The position numbers were made by a program, and so were the translations under genes. A stretch of DNA of 64,000 nt from Lama guanicoe (taxonomy: Eukaryota): NCBI GenBank assembly GCA_013239625.1, contig MU054323.1:19362819-19426818 (forward strand), in the 5' to 3' direction. Below are positions 25,469 to 37,192 of the stretch, piece after piece (positions within the stretch are counted from its first letter, which is position 1; the number at the start of each line of letters is the position of its first letter). The notes under the pieces were generated by a model, which was not told where the DNA came from, did no database searches, and saw only the letters and a program-made list of their open reading frames with translations.

Positions 25469-28400
25469 ACTACACCCTGGGCCCTCTTTTTGGGTCTTTC
25501 TCCTACCCAGTAATGCCTTCACGTTTCCTTCGTTTTCATATTTTCTTGGCCCACACAATTACCAGCCTCTGCTCTCCAATTCTTCATTCAGGTTAGAACG
25601 GACATGACTCCGACCAAGCAGACAAATCTCAAAGAGATATTTATTTTATGAGGGTGAGAGACTTAAAGTATTAAAATTAATTGCTGTACTTATCAGCATA
25701 TCAGTCAGTAGACGGGGTGAACTGCAGAGACCCAGGACCTGTCTCGGGTCCTGAAATTGATCCGAACAGACGGTACTGCTGGCATGCCTCTAAGGTAGAC
25801 TCTGGTCCAGGAATTGCCCCATCCAAGCTTACCTGCCTGTCTCCTACTTCTCGCCCCTCCATCCAGCCCTTCCAAACATAAGTTGTCCTCTTCCCTTCTG
25901 TAATTTGGCTACTGTTACACATCCCACCTGAAATTCTCTCCTTCCTCTTCTTTATCCAAACTCTATTTATCCTCACAGCTCTTCTTCAGGACCAGAACAA
26001 GAGCACCGCACAAACTGATCTAGCTTTGCTTCCCCCTACCCCACGGTTAGTTCATGAACAATCAATTAGTACATCTGTGCTGTTGATTAGATCAAACCAA
26101 TGGTCAGGCAAATTATCTAAAACGATGGGTTAGACAACAAAGAAAGTTTAGACTCAACACAGATACTACAGAAATAAGTCAAAAACATCTACAACAAGAT
26201 CAATACTACTGAAAAATAACTACTCAATGAAAACAATTTTTATTTCTCTGCTGGCCTTTCAATAGAGATTGCTTCTACTCATTCTCTGCTGGAATTTCCA
26301 GAATCCCTCTTTCATTTCTGACCCATTCTTTATTAGTAGCCACACTTTAGCTTTAGTCACCAAATCACATATGGTGCTCTTAACTGTGGTTTATCTGGCT
26401 TCTCAGTGTGCTTGCAGAACCAGGTCACCCCCTGAAAAAGCATCACCTGCTAGGGCATCACATGGGAAATCATGGCTAGGTTGTTAAATGGCAAAACAAA
26501 TTATCTTGTCACCAAGTAAGTCGACAATCAATCTGTTTGACCAAAAGAAGTATCAGTCACACCAACTTGTGGTTGCATGATAGAAAAACTCAATAAATTT
26601 AACCCTGTCCTTTGCCGCTGGTTTTGATGATTAGGAACTGCTGTGAAGGACTCAATGATCAGACTCCAGGAGAACTCATTTTCAAATACTACCTATAAGG
26701 TTAGAAGCTGATGCTTACAGTTAAGAGACTAGCCCCTTCAATTGTCAGTTGAAAATTAATTCTTAGTTTGCCATAACATATGCATGACCCTGTCAGGCAT
26801 ATGGTAGGTGCTCAAGTGGACACTAATTGAGGACCAAAATTAGTCTGGATAGAAACTAAATAGTACCTGTCATGGCCATTTTTCTCCACACCACAAAATA
26901 TTAAGTACCTAGCTACCTAATGCTTAGCAGAAGCTTGCTAGATTACTCTCTCTGGGCAACTACAGCCAAAATAGAGTATCTCAGATAAAACTTTCTTTTG
27001 TATCATCTGTTATTCTTAAGCTTTTCTACAGTATCACACTTAAACAAGACCACTAGGTCATACACACCTATTTTGAGTCACAAGGGACTGTGGAGTCTCA
27101 GATTATTCCAGGAAAGGACAAAACAGCATTATGCGAATGTCACAGAATGGGAGAGTCTACACAATCACAAATTCTGGTCAATAAAATGTCATTTATACTT
27201 ATATTTACGTACCTAAATGCATATGTATGTGTATACATATATGCATATACATATATACATATGCATTTTACCCTTGAATTTAACACTAAATGTAAATTGA
27301 ACATGGACAATTGTTTGACTATAAAACACACTAAAATCTTCCAAAATCTTGAGATTATTATTTTGAAGATCAATTTTTTTTATTAATTGTGGAAGACTAA
27401 TAGATTAACAGAAATTCTAGGCAACAGAAAATGGGAAGCTGGATACAGCTTTCACTGTAAGTGGTGCTACAGCAACCAAAAAGGAGGGCTCTAATAGGTA
27501 ATGACACTGTAGAATTAGAATATGGTGACAGCTGAATGATCTTGCAGATGCACTAAAAACCAACAACCGTGTATTTCAAAAGAATGAATTTTACAGTATA
27601 TGAATTGCAGCTCAATTATCATTCTCCTCCCTAATAAACACTCTAACCTATTTAACATGTTATATACACAAACACAGTACAATTAATGCAATATTCCGAT
27701 TATAGAAATAATCACATATAATTTTTAAAACTCCCTTCAACATCAACAGCAAGGAAGCCAGTAACAGGTAGTTCTATCTTATTTACGGAGGTGGGCAAGG
27801 GAAACAGAATTCCTAGCGAGCTCAGGGACTAACTTCCTGGAAGTGGATACCTGCAGGATGCCTCAGCTGAAGAACAGCTCTGAAGTCACCATCACTTTCA
27901 ATATACTAACCAATTTCACTTTGAAACTTCAGCAAAAGTACACTCAGCCTACAGGAAATTGCTCAAAAGCTTTTGTCCTCAAGAACAAAAAACCAGATAA
28001 AATCCTTCGCCATTAAGGTAGCTGCAGAACTAAATACTTTTTTGCTAATTGCAAAAATCCGACAATCTTTGTAAAGGCAAGTCCATTTGGAATGGTGGCT
28101 TCATTGGATTTCCTTGAAGTTGGCTGACCCCATATATGATTCTCTCTCAAATAAATTATTTAGAAATGGAGACATAATAAGCAAATATTACCAATTACTT
28201 TTTATCAAGTTATCTGCCAATATAACTGGAGATTGCTTCCTTATCTTCGTAACAGTAGGACTTGGACTAATTAAACTGGTGTTGTCTAGATCTTTATTCA
28301 TTTAGGTTTGCTTGATTTACTTAGAGTGGAGATATCATTAAAAAATTACGGGACACTTATGTTCTCTAAAATAAAAAGGATTTAAACGCTCTGTATAGCT

Positions 28401-28480
28401 TTCCATTTGCTCTGTTTATCAGCATAATATAATTCTCCCTATAGACATCTGAATGGCATATATAATAATCACAACGATGC

Positions 28481-29474
28481 AGACTGCTCTAGGAAAATAG
28501 TATATTAATTATGTCCTCCTAGATAATTTAGAATATTTTAATTCCTAAGCCTTACAGTAAAAACTCTTCTACAAAATTTCTGCACTTGCCTGCCTTAACA
28601 TTAGTGCAAGTATTAAAATACACAGAGAAGTTAAGAGTTCGGGAAGATACAGGAACTATATTCCTAACAGACCATAAACAGCAAAATTAGAACTATCAAG
28701 ATCCAACTCACCCTCGGTTGACAAAGATGGATAGTTTCCTGGGGTTTATTCCGTACCTTTATGTTCTGTCCTTGAGTATAAAAGGGCCACTCGTCATTAT
28801 ACTGTCCTCCACTTTGAACAGTGTGCACTGTCTGATCCAAGATCTATTTAACGTCTATGTCTTTTTCTATGTAATGCTGTGACACCACATGGAAGCTAAA
28901 TTCTAACTGTCATGTTGTTTCAGTTTTGAAAGGGCCCCCTTCAATTCTAGACAAGTTAATTTTTCAAACTGCAACTAAGACTGCTCTAGGAAAATAGTAT
29001 ATTAATTATGTCCTCCTAGATAATTTAGAATATTTTAATTCCTAAGCCTTACAGTAAAAACTCTTCTACAAAATTTCTGCACTTGCCTGCCTTAACATTA
29101 GTGCAAGTATTAAAATACACAGAGAAGTTAAGAGTTCGGGAAGATACAGGAACTATATTCCTAACAGACCATAAACAGCAAAATTAGAACTATCAAGATC
29201 CAACTCACCCTCGGTTGACAAAGATGGATAGTTTCCTGGGGTTTATTCTGTACCTTTATGTTTTGTCCTTGAATATAAAAGGGCCACTCGCCATTATATT
29301 GTCCTCCACTTTGAACAGTGTGCACTGTCTGATCCAAGATCTATTTAACGTCTATGTCTTTTTCTATGTAATGCTGTGACACCACATGGAAGCTAAATTC
29401 TAACTGTCATGTTGTTTCAGTTTTGAAAGGGCCCCCTTCAATTCTAGACAAGTTAATTTTTCAAACTGCAACTA
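28481..29474. repeat. Head-to-tail tandem duplication, 2 x 497 bp (28481-28977, 28978-29474)
   Basis: Base-by-base comparison: identical except for 5 transitions. Confidence 0.97.
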
Positions 29475-29739
29475 CTTACAATAACGGTAAACTTCTTTTT
29501 ATGGTGACAGATGACTTCATACCTGTCTAAATTCAGATGTTCTTCATTTGTCATTAGATAAGATAAATGCATACCTTTTGCTTCTCTTATGAATAATAAT
29601 TAAGTTGGGTGACTTTTTAAAAAACTCTCTGAATTTAGAGGCCTGTGTCTTAAAGGATTCAAAGGAACCAGTTTAAAAAAGAACTATCAGATTATTAGAA
29701 CACTGCAGAATGAATGAACAGTCAACTATTGGTGACCTA

Positions 29740-30690
29740 CTTTCTGATCACCGTTTCTCATCCATCTTCCTCTTCTCTCCCTTAATACATTTGTTTTCCT
29801 GAAGTTTCTGTTCTCAGTCCTCTTCTATTTCCATTCTATCAACTCTCCCTTGAAGGTATCAACTCCTTTTTCGTCCACTGATAAATTCCCAAAACACGTA
29901 TCTAATCATTCTTGATCCTAAGCTCCTGATATGTAACCCAACTAACTTTTGGACGTCTCTCACTAGATGTCAAACATGACATGAGCAGATACAAACTTGT
30001 CACTTCATCTCCAAATTCCTACCCCTTCTCTTCCCTCTCTCTGTGAATAGCAAGCTATCTATCCACACATAGTTTGAGGGAGGAACTTGGGGGTCATCAC
30101 ATAGAACTCCACCTCCTCACTTAGCACTCTCCATCAGTCAATAGATCTTGGTGATAAATTATCTCCTTAATCTCCTAAAATCTGACTGCTTTTCCCATCC
30201 TGCTTACTGCTCTCATCATCACTTCTCTCCTAGATTGCATTAACCACAGAATTATCAATTTAAAAGATCCAATCACATCACTTCCTCCTTAAAATCCCTC
30301 CCAGGCCGACCATCATGTTGTAAAAAAGTAAACAAACAAAATATGGCAAACAAATATCCATGTGGTCTGGCTCTTAGCTCTCTGCTTGTCACAGTCATCT
30401 CACACATTAATTGCCTTCTCATGGGGTCTCCCCTGACCCCCCCGAGCCCCCAGTCTGGGTTAAGAACCCTGCTTGAACTCCTAGAAAATGTGCTTGTGTA
30501 CGATCAGAGCACGAATCGGCATGTGCTGTATAATGAATGGTTTCCTTGACTATCCTGCCTTCTAAAAAGTGATCTCCTTAAGGGCCAGGGCTGTATCTTC
30601 ATTACATTTTAAATTCCCAGAATTTTATATAATAACTGGCAGTGAGTCAGCAACTAAGAAACGTTTGATGCACAAAGTGAATAAATGGTG
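29740..30690 (+). mobile_element. L2 LINE 3' fragment
   Basis: gtttctgttctcagtcctcttctattt...gatccaatcacatcacttcctccttaaaatccc...tgatctccttaagggccagggctgtatctt...gtgaataaatg. Confidence 0.7.
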
Positions 30691-31319
30691 AATAAATAAA
30701 AACAGAATGGCATTTTCTTTACATAAAGAAAACAAGCATTGGGAGGTGAGAGGAAAATGTCATAGGAAAAGAAAAAGGCTCTAAAAATGAACAGAGGAGG
30801 TGCACTAAAGGAAGAGGTAAAGACCAACCTTCTCTTCCAGCCTACAAATGGCTTCAACTGCCACAGTGGCAACAAACATGAAGCCTTTCTATGCATACTC
30901 CTTGCTCCTGAATCCAAGGGGTTGATCACAGCACAGAATTCTCTTTAGATTCTGAGCTGGTGGCAGAATGAATTGAGAGGAGCAAAAAATCTTTTTTTCT
31001 CTCCTTCAACCCTAAGAATTGTTTGCATTATGTCAAAAAAGACAAAGCCATTTTGCAGCTCTACTGTTCATAAATATGTGCCTTAGAGACTTGCTGAATA
31101 CAACAAAAGTAAAACATCTCTTTTCACTGGATTTCTCCAGAGAAGAAAGCAAGTAAAATTTCAAAAGAATTTTTAATAGTTGCAGAAAGCTTTGGCTTAA
31201 AAAAAAAAAAAAAAAAGCATGAGCAAGTATGCATGAAATTAAATCCAGTCCAAAAGCCGAGGATTAAAAAGTTGTCAGGGATACCCTTTTCACAGGCATG
31301 TAAGTGATCAAATATGACA

Positions 31320-31960
31320 TATATGAAGTTGGAGCCAAAAGACCCTGATTTCAAGTCTTTGCATTGGGCAAGTCATTCGAACTCTCCTTGTCCCAGTCTC
31401 CACATTGTAAAGTGGGGATATCTGTCAAGTCTGCCTCACAAAATTATTTTAAGAATCAAATTCATGTATTCGAACATTTATTTTAACAACTACTTTTTGA
31501 ATGTCACTGTTCTAGGCATCAATCATACAACTGTAGAGAAAGCAAAGCCCCAGCCCTCCTAGAGCTAACGTTCTAGTGAGAAAGACAGACAGAAGTCAAG
31601 TAAGTATGGGATGGATGCATACCTTCAAGGAGTAACGTGTGCTCGCAAGAAAAGTAAACCAAGCTCAGGGGACAGAGAATGACAAGGCAGTCCTGTATTT
31701 GCTGGGGGAGGGGAGGCAGGCTTTCTCTGCGGAACGGGTTTCTGAGAGGAGACTGGGTGCAGTGAGAGGGTAAACTGGGTCAACATCTGTAAGAACATTC
31801 CAAGCAGAAGCACTGCAAAGGGAAAGGCCTTGAGGTGGGCACATGCTTAGTACTTTCCAGGAACAGCAAGGAAGCCAGGGCTGTTGGAGCTAAATTACTG
31901 CAAGGAAGAGAAGAAGGAAATGAGGTTAGAGAGAGGCCGGAGCCAGATGTGGAGCTGGTG
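31320..31960. mobile_element. MIR (+, about 31320-31470) abutting an L2 3' fragment (-, about 31470-31960)
   Basis: MIR core (ttgggcaagtcattcgaactctcc...tctccacattgtaaagtggggata) then antisense L2 (gaagaacattccaagcagaagcactgcaaagggaaaggccttgaggtggg). Confidence 0.7.
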
Positions 31961-32227
31961 TGAGAGTGTTTTGTAACCTATGATTGGTAGCAAAATTCTA
32001 AGGTGATTCACCCCAAATGGCATGGGAGAACAGCTTCATTCTTCATAAATTTTAAAGTTTGTATTTATCACATGGAACTCTGAGACAGTATAATCCATAC
32101 CAGTACAATGAATGACATCACCAGATGAGCTAACTTCATGAACATGCGAGCACACGTGTGCACATATGCACACACACACACACAGTTTGTCTCTACTCTG
32201 TCTTCTATGATTGAAGTTTTGGATTTC

Positions 32228-32630
32228 TTTTTTTTGTTGTTGCTATTATTGAAGTACAGTTGATTTACAATGTTGTGTTAGTTTCTGGTGTACAGCACAG
32301 TGATTCAGTCATATATATACATGCACACATATATATCCTTTTTCATATTATTTTTCATTATAGGTTATTATAAGCTATTGAACATACTTCCCTGTGCTCT
32401 ACAGTAGGACCTTGGTTTATCTATTTTATATGTTGTAGTTTGTATCTGCAAATCCCAAACTCCTAATTTATCCCTCTCCCCCTCCCTTTTCCCCTTGGTA
32501 ACCATAAATTTGTTTTCCATCTCTGTGAGTCTGTTTTCTGTTTTGCAAATAAGTTCATTTGTATCATTTTTTAGATTCCACATATAAGTGATATCATAGG
32601 ATATTTGTCTTTCTCTATCTGACTTACTTC
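32228..32630 (-). mobile_element. 5'-truncated L1 3' end
   Basis: T-rich tail then attgaagtacagttgatttacaatgttgtgttagtttctggtgtacagcac...tttagattccacatataagtgatatcat; minus ORF reads ...QISYDITYMWNLKN. Confidence 0.9.
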
Positions 32631-33249
32631 TTGGATCTCCAACTTTCCGCAGACAGTAACAATAAAGCAATGGGAGCAAACAGTACCACAGAGACCTCCC
32701 AAGTCATGGCTCTTGTTGATTTTAAAGTAACAGCCAGGCCCTTGTTATAACTGTAGCCTGACCTAGGTCTCACTGCTAGAGAACGTTGATATCTTAGAAA
32801 GGAGTCATAACAAAATGACAGACATCATCAAACGATTGAGACAGGAAACCAAAGGAAACAAATACATGAGCTAGGACAGTCATGGAGATTATAAGGGAAA
32901 ACCACAAAGAGGAAGAAGGCACACGAGTTTTCACTTGTTAAATGACAGCAGAATTTGGGTCACCCCAGGAGACAACGGATGCTAGGACCAGATCCCTAGA
33001 GAACATCTGGTTTTACGGGAGGAGTGGGTGTCTCAGAAAGAGTCAGCGCACAGGGAGCTTAAAAAAATAACAAGAACTTCAATATAGGAAAATCTACAGT
33101 TGCAGTTTTAGAGTTTCTTTCTCTGAGACTTGCACTGGCTCCTCTTGTAGACTCATTTCCCACCTCCGACCTGCCCCTTCCACAGCCTTGTCTCATATCC
33201 CTACACTCCCCGCTCTGCGAACCTTGCTCCCAGTGCTTGCTCTCTCTCC

Positions 33250-34230
33250 TATGTTTCATGCCTACATGGTTTTTTTGATAGACATCTCCCCCATCTGTCT
33301 TTCTGTACTAGTTTCTCAATGCATCCATGAACAAGCCAATCTTCTTCCCCTCCCCAAAATCAGTTTTCCTTTACGATTCCACAGTTTCGGTTCTGAGCAC
33401 CTAAATTCTTGGTTACTCAGGCTTAAATCCTCAAAGTTATCTTTAATGTTCCCTCGCTCACATCCTCCCCAGCACCATCAGTTATTAAGTCCCATCAACT
33501 CCCCTTGAATGCCACTTGCCCCCCCCACCTTCCCTCTCCCCTTCTTACCCCTCTACCTCTTGCCTAGATAACTATAGTAGCTTCTCAGCATGCCTCTCCC
33601 TCTATACTCCCTCCCTTCAAATATGTTTAATAAAGTGCCATCAGGGGATCTTCTAAAGAAAACCTCTAATCAGACCACTGAGCTCCTAAAACCACACTCC
33701 TAATGCGTGGTACTCAAGGTTCTCCACGGTGGGACCCAAGCCTATCTTTTCAGCTTTTTTAATGTTTGACTCCTTGCCCTCTACATCCCACTCACTCCAG
33801 CCTGAACAATGGTCCACTGTCCTCTGAACAGACCACAGTAGGTCCCTGCCGCTCTTCACTTGTGCCATATCCAACAGCCTGATTTCCCTCCAGAGCCACC
33901 TCCGAATAATCTATTTCTGTTTTAAAGACCAGTTCAAAATACCAGCTCAGGAACTGATTCCCCAAAACAGATGTGATCTCTCTGGCTTCTGATCCCCAGT
34001 GGTACCCTAATCATGAATGCATCTGTTCACTCCTCCAGCGAGTATGTAGTGAGCACCTTCTAGGCATTAACTTCACATTATGGATCCTATGTTCCTCTCT
34101 GTCCCTTCACTTTCCACCTTCTTCACATCCTATTAAGTTGTAAGCTCACTGAAGACAAATATTTTTTCAGCTGTGTATCCTTTTTAGACCCTACTACAAT
34201 GGTGGACATCTAGCAGACTAATTATATATC
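33250..34230 (+). mobile_element. L2 fragments
   Basis: Pyrimidine-rich L2 text (cctcttgcctagataactatagtagcttctc...gttgtaagctcactgaagaca). Confidence 0.6.
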
Positions 34231-34520
34231 ATCAGACTAGAGAAATACTTGATTGTTGTGCGCTATGTGAAAGGTGCTGTCTTGACTTTCTTAAGTGCAA
34301 AATGGAGACTAGCTGTCTCACACCCCACACTCACCCAGCTTAGAATTATCCCTCAAAATCACATGTCCTATACACTCAGTGGGGTCCATTAGAGGGTGGT
34401 TAGGCAAGGGGCACAGGGATGCAGAACTCTCGCATTCTGTCTGCAGGACTGTCTCAGAACCAAACCAAGGGGATGCAGAACACACTCCAGTCATCTAGTA
34501 GACTTAGAAGTGACAAGGCA

Positions 34521-37192
34521 TAACAGCTCATACAACTCCATTAAAAAAAAAAATCAAAAAATGGGCAGAAGACCTAAAAACACACTGCCCAAGGCAATCT
34601 ACAGATTTAATGCAATCCCTATCCAATTACCCAGGACATATTTCACAGACTAGAACAAATCATAATAAAATTTACATGGAACCATCAAAGACCTAGAATT
34701 GCCAAAGCATTGCTGAAGAGAAAGAAAGAGGCTGGAGGAATAACTCTCCCAGACTTCAGACAATACTATACAGCTACAGTCATCAAGACAGCATGGTATT
34801 GGTACAAAAACACACATATAGACCAATGGAACAGAACAGAGAGCCCAGAAATGAACCCACAAACTTTTGGTCAACTCATCTTCGACAAAGGAGGCAAGAA
34901 TATACAATGGAATAAAGACAGTCTCTTCAGCAAATGGTGTTGGGAAAACTGGACAGCAGCATGTAAAACAATGAAGCTAGAACACACCCTTACACCATAT
35001 ACAAAAATCAACTCAAAATGGATTAAAGACTTAAACATAAGACAAGATACAATAAACCTCCTAGAGGAAAACATAGGCAAAACATTATCTGACATACATT
35101 TCAAAAATTTTCTCCTAGAAGAAATAAAAGCAAGAATAAACAAATAGGACCTAATGAAACTTACAAGCTTCTGCACAGCAAAGGAAACCATAAGTAAAAC
35201 AAAAAGACAACTTACGGAATGGGAGAAAATTTTGCAAATGAAACCGACAAAGGCTTGATCTCCAGAATATTTAAGCAGCTCATATGACTTAATAAGAAAC
35301 AACCAAACAACCCAATCCAAAAATGGGCAAGAAACCTACACAAGCAATTCTCCAAGGAAGACATACAAATGATCAATAGGCACATGAAAAAATGCTCAAT
35401 ATCACTAATTATCAGAGAAATGCAAATCAAAACTACAATGAGGTATCACCTCACACCAGTCAGAATGGCCGTCATTCAAAAATCCACAAATGACAAATGC
35501 TGGAGAGGCTGTGGAGAAAGGGGAACCCTCCTACACTGCTGGTGGGAATGCAGTTTGGTGCAGCCACTATGGAAAACAGTGTGGAGATTCCTCAAAAGAC
35601 TAGGAATAGACTTACCATATGACCCAGGAATCCCACTCCTGGGCTTATATCCAGAAGGAACCTACTTCAGGATGACACCTGCACCCCAGTGTTCATAGCA
35701 GCGCTATTTACCATAGCCAAAACATGGAAACAGCCTAAATGTCCATCAACAGGTGACTGGATAAAGAAGATGTGGTATATTTATACAATGGAACACTACT
35801 CAGCCATAAAAACCGACAACATAAAGCCATCTGCAGCAACATGGATGTTCCTGGAGAATGTCATTCTAAGTGAAGTAAGCCAGAAAGAGAAAGAAAAATA
35901 CCATATAAGATCACTCATATGTGGAATCTAAAAAACAAAAACAAAAACAACAACAAAAAAAGCCTAAATACAAAACAGAAATAGACTCATAGACATAGAA
36001 TACAAACTTGTGGTTGCCAAGGGGATGGAGGGTGGGATGAGATATCAAAATTGTAGACTAGATAAACAAGATTATACTGTATAGCACAGGGAAATATACA
36101 CAAAATCTTATGGTAGCTCACAGAGGAAAAAAATGTGACAATGAATATATATATGTTCATGTATAACTGAAAAATTGTGCTAAAAACTGGAATTTGACAC
36201 AACATTGTAAAATGATTATAAATCAATAAAAAATGTTTGGAAAACAAAAACAAAAACAACAAAAAAACAGCAAAAAAACGGGCAGAAGACCTAAACAGAC
36301 ATTTCTCCAATGAAGACATACACATGGCCAACAGGCACATGAAAAGATGCTCAATATCACTAATTATTAGAGAAATGCAAATCAAAAACTACAATGAGGT
36401 ATCACCTCACACCAGTCAGAATGACCATCATTAAAAATTCCACATACAATAAATGCTGGAAAGGGTGTGGAGAAAAGGGAACCCTCCTACACTGTTGATG
36501 GGAATGTAAATTGGTGCAGCCACTATGGAGTACAGTATGAAGAGTCCATAAAAAACTAAAAAGAGACACCCTACGATCCAGCAGTCCCACTCCTGGACAT
36601 GGAGAAAACTAATTTAAAAAGATAACATGAGCCCCAATGTTCATAGTGGCACTATTTACAAAAGCCAAAACAGGGAAGCAACCTAAATGCTCTTTGACAG
36701 ATGACTGGATAAAGAGGTCATGGGTGTGGGTGTGTGTGTGTATCCACACACACAGTAGAATACTACTCAGCCATAAAAAGAATGAAATAATACCATTTGC
36801 AGCAACATAGTTAGACCTAAAGATTATATTAAGGTGAAGTCAGAAAGAGAAAGACAAATATCATATGATATCACTTATATATGGAGTCTAAAAATGATAC
36901 AAACGAGCTTATTTACAAAACAGAAATAGAGTCACAGACATAGAAAACAAACTTACAGTTACCAAAGGGGAAAGAGGAGGGAAGATACACTAGGAGTTTG
37001 GGATTAGTAGATACAAAAGACTATATATAAAATAAATAAAAAGATCCTACTGTAAAGTGCAGGGAACTATATTCAATAGCTTGTAACAACCTATAACGAC
37101 AAAGAATATGAAAAAGTATACGTATAACTGAATCACTATGCTGCACGCAAGAAACTAACACGAAATTAGAAATCAACTATACTCCAATAAAA
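34521..37192 (+). mobile_element. 5'-truncated L1 (outer, older element; segments 34521-34578 and 36273-37192)
   Basis: ORF2 C-terminus ([24 protein letters not shown]...) plus 3'UTR; 15-bp TSD agaagtga(c/t)aaggca at 34506-34520 and 37193-37207. Confidence 0.9.
34579..36272 (+). mobile_element. Younger 5'-truncated L1 nested inside the outer L1
   Basis: Long ORF2 C-terminal frames ([24 protein letters not shown]...; ...YHIRSLICGI* at 35931), 3'UTR and A-rich tail; TSD aaaaaa(t/c)gggcagaagacctaaa at 34556-34578 and 36273-36295. Confidence 0.92.

Noticed and set aside
25832..25990. Minus-strand exon ending at CAG|gtaagc
   Set aside because: The sequence resembles an L2 remnant, with no convincing acceptor or recognisable peptide
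28712..28845. Minus-strand open frame ending at AGG|gtgagt inside each duplicated unit (possible duplicated exon)
   Set aside because: No pyrimidine tract before the candidate acceptor, peptide unrecognised, and 3 of the 5 inter-copy changes are non-synonymous
34650..36590. Many 60-150 aa ORFs on both strands
   Set aside because: All are sense or antisense frames of L1 ORF2/3'UTR, interrupted by stops and frameshifts
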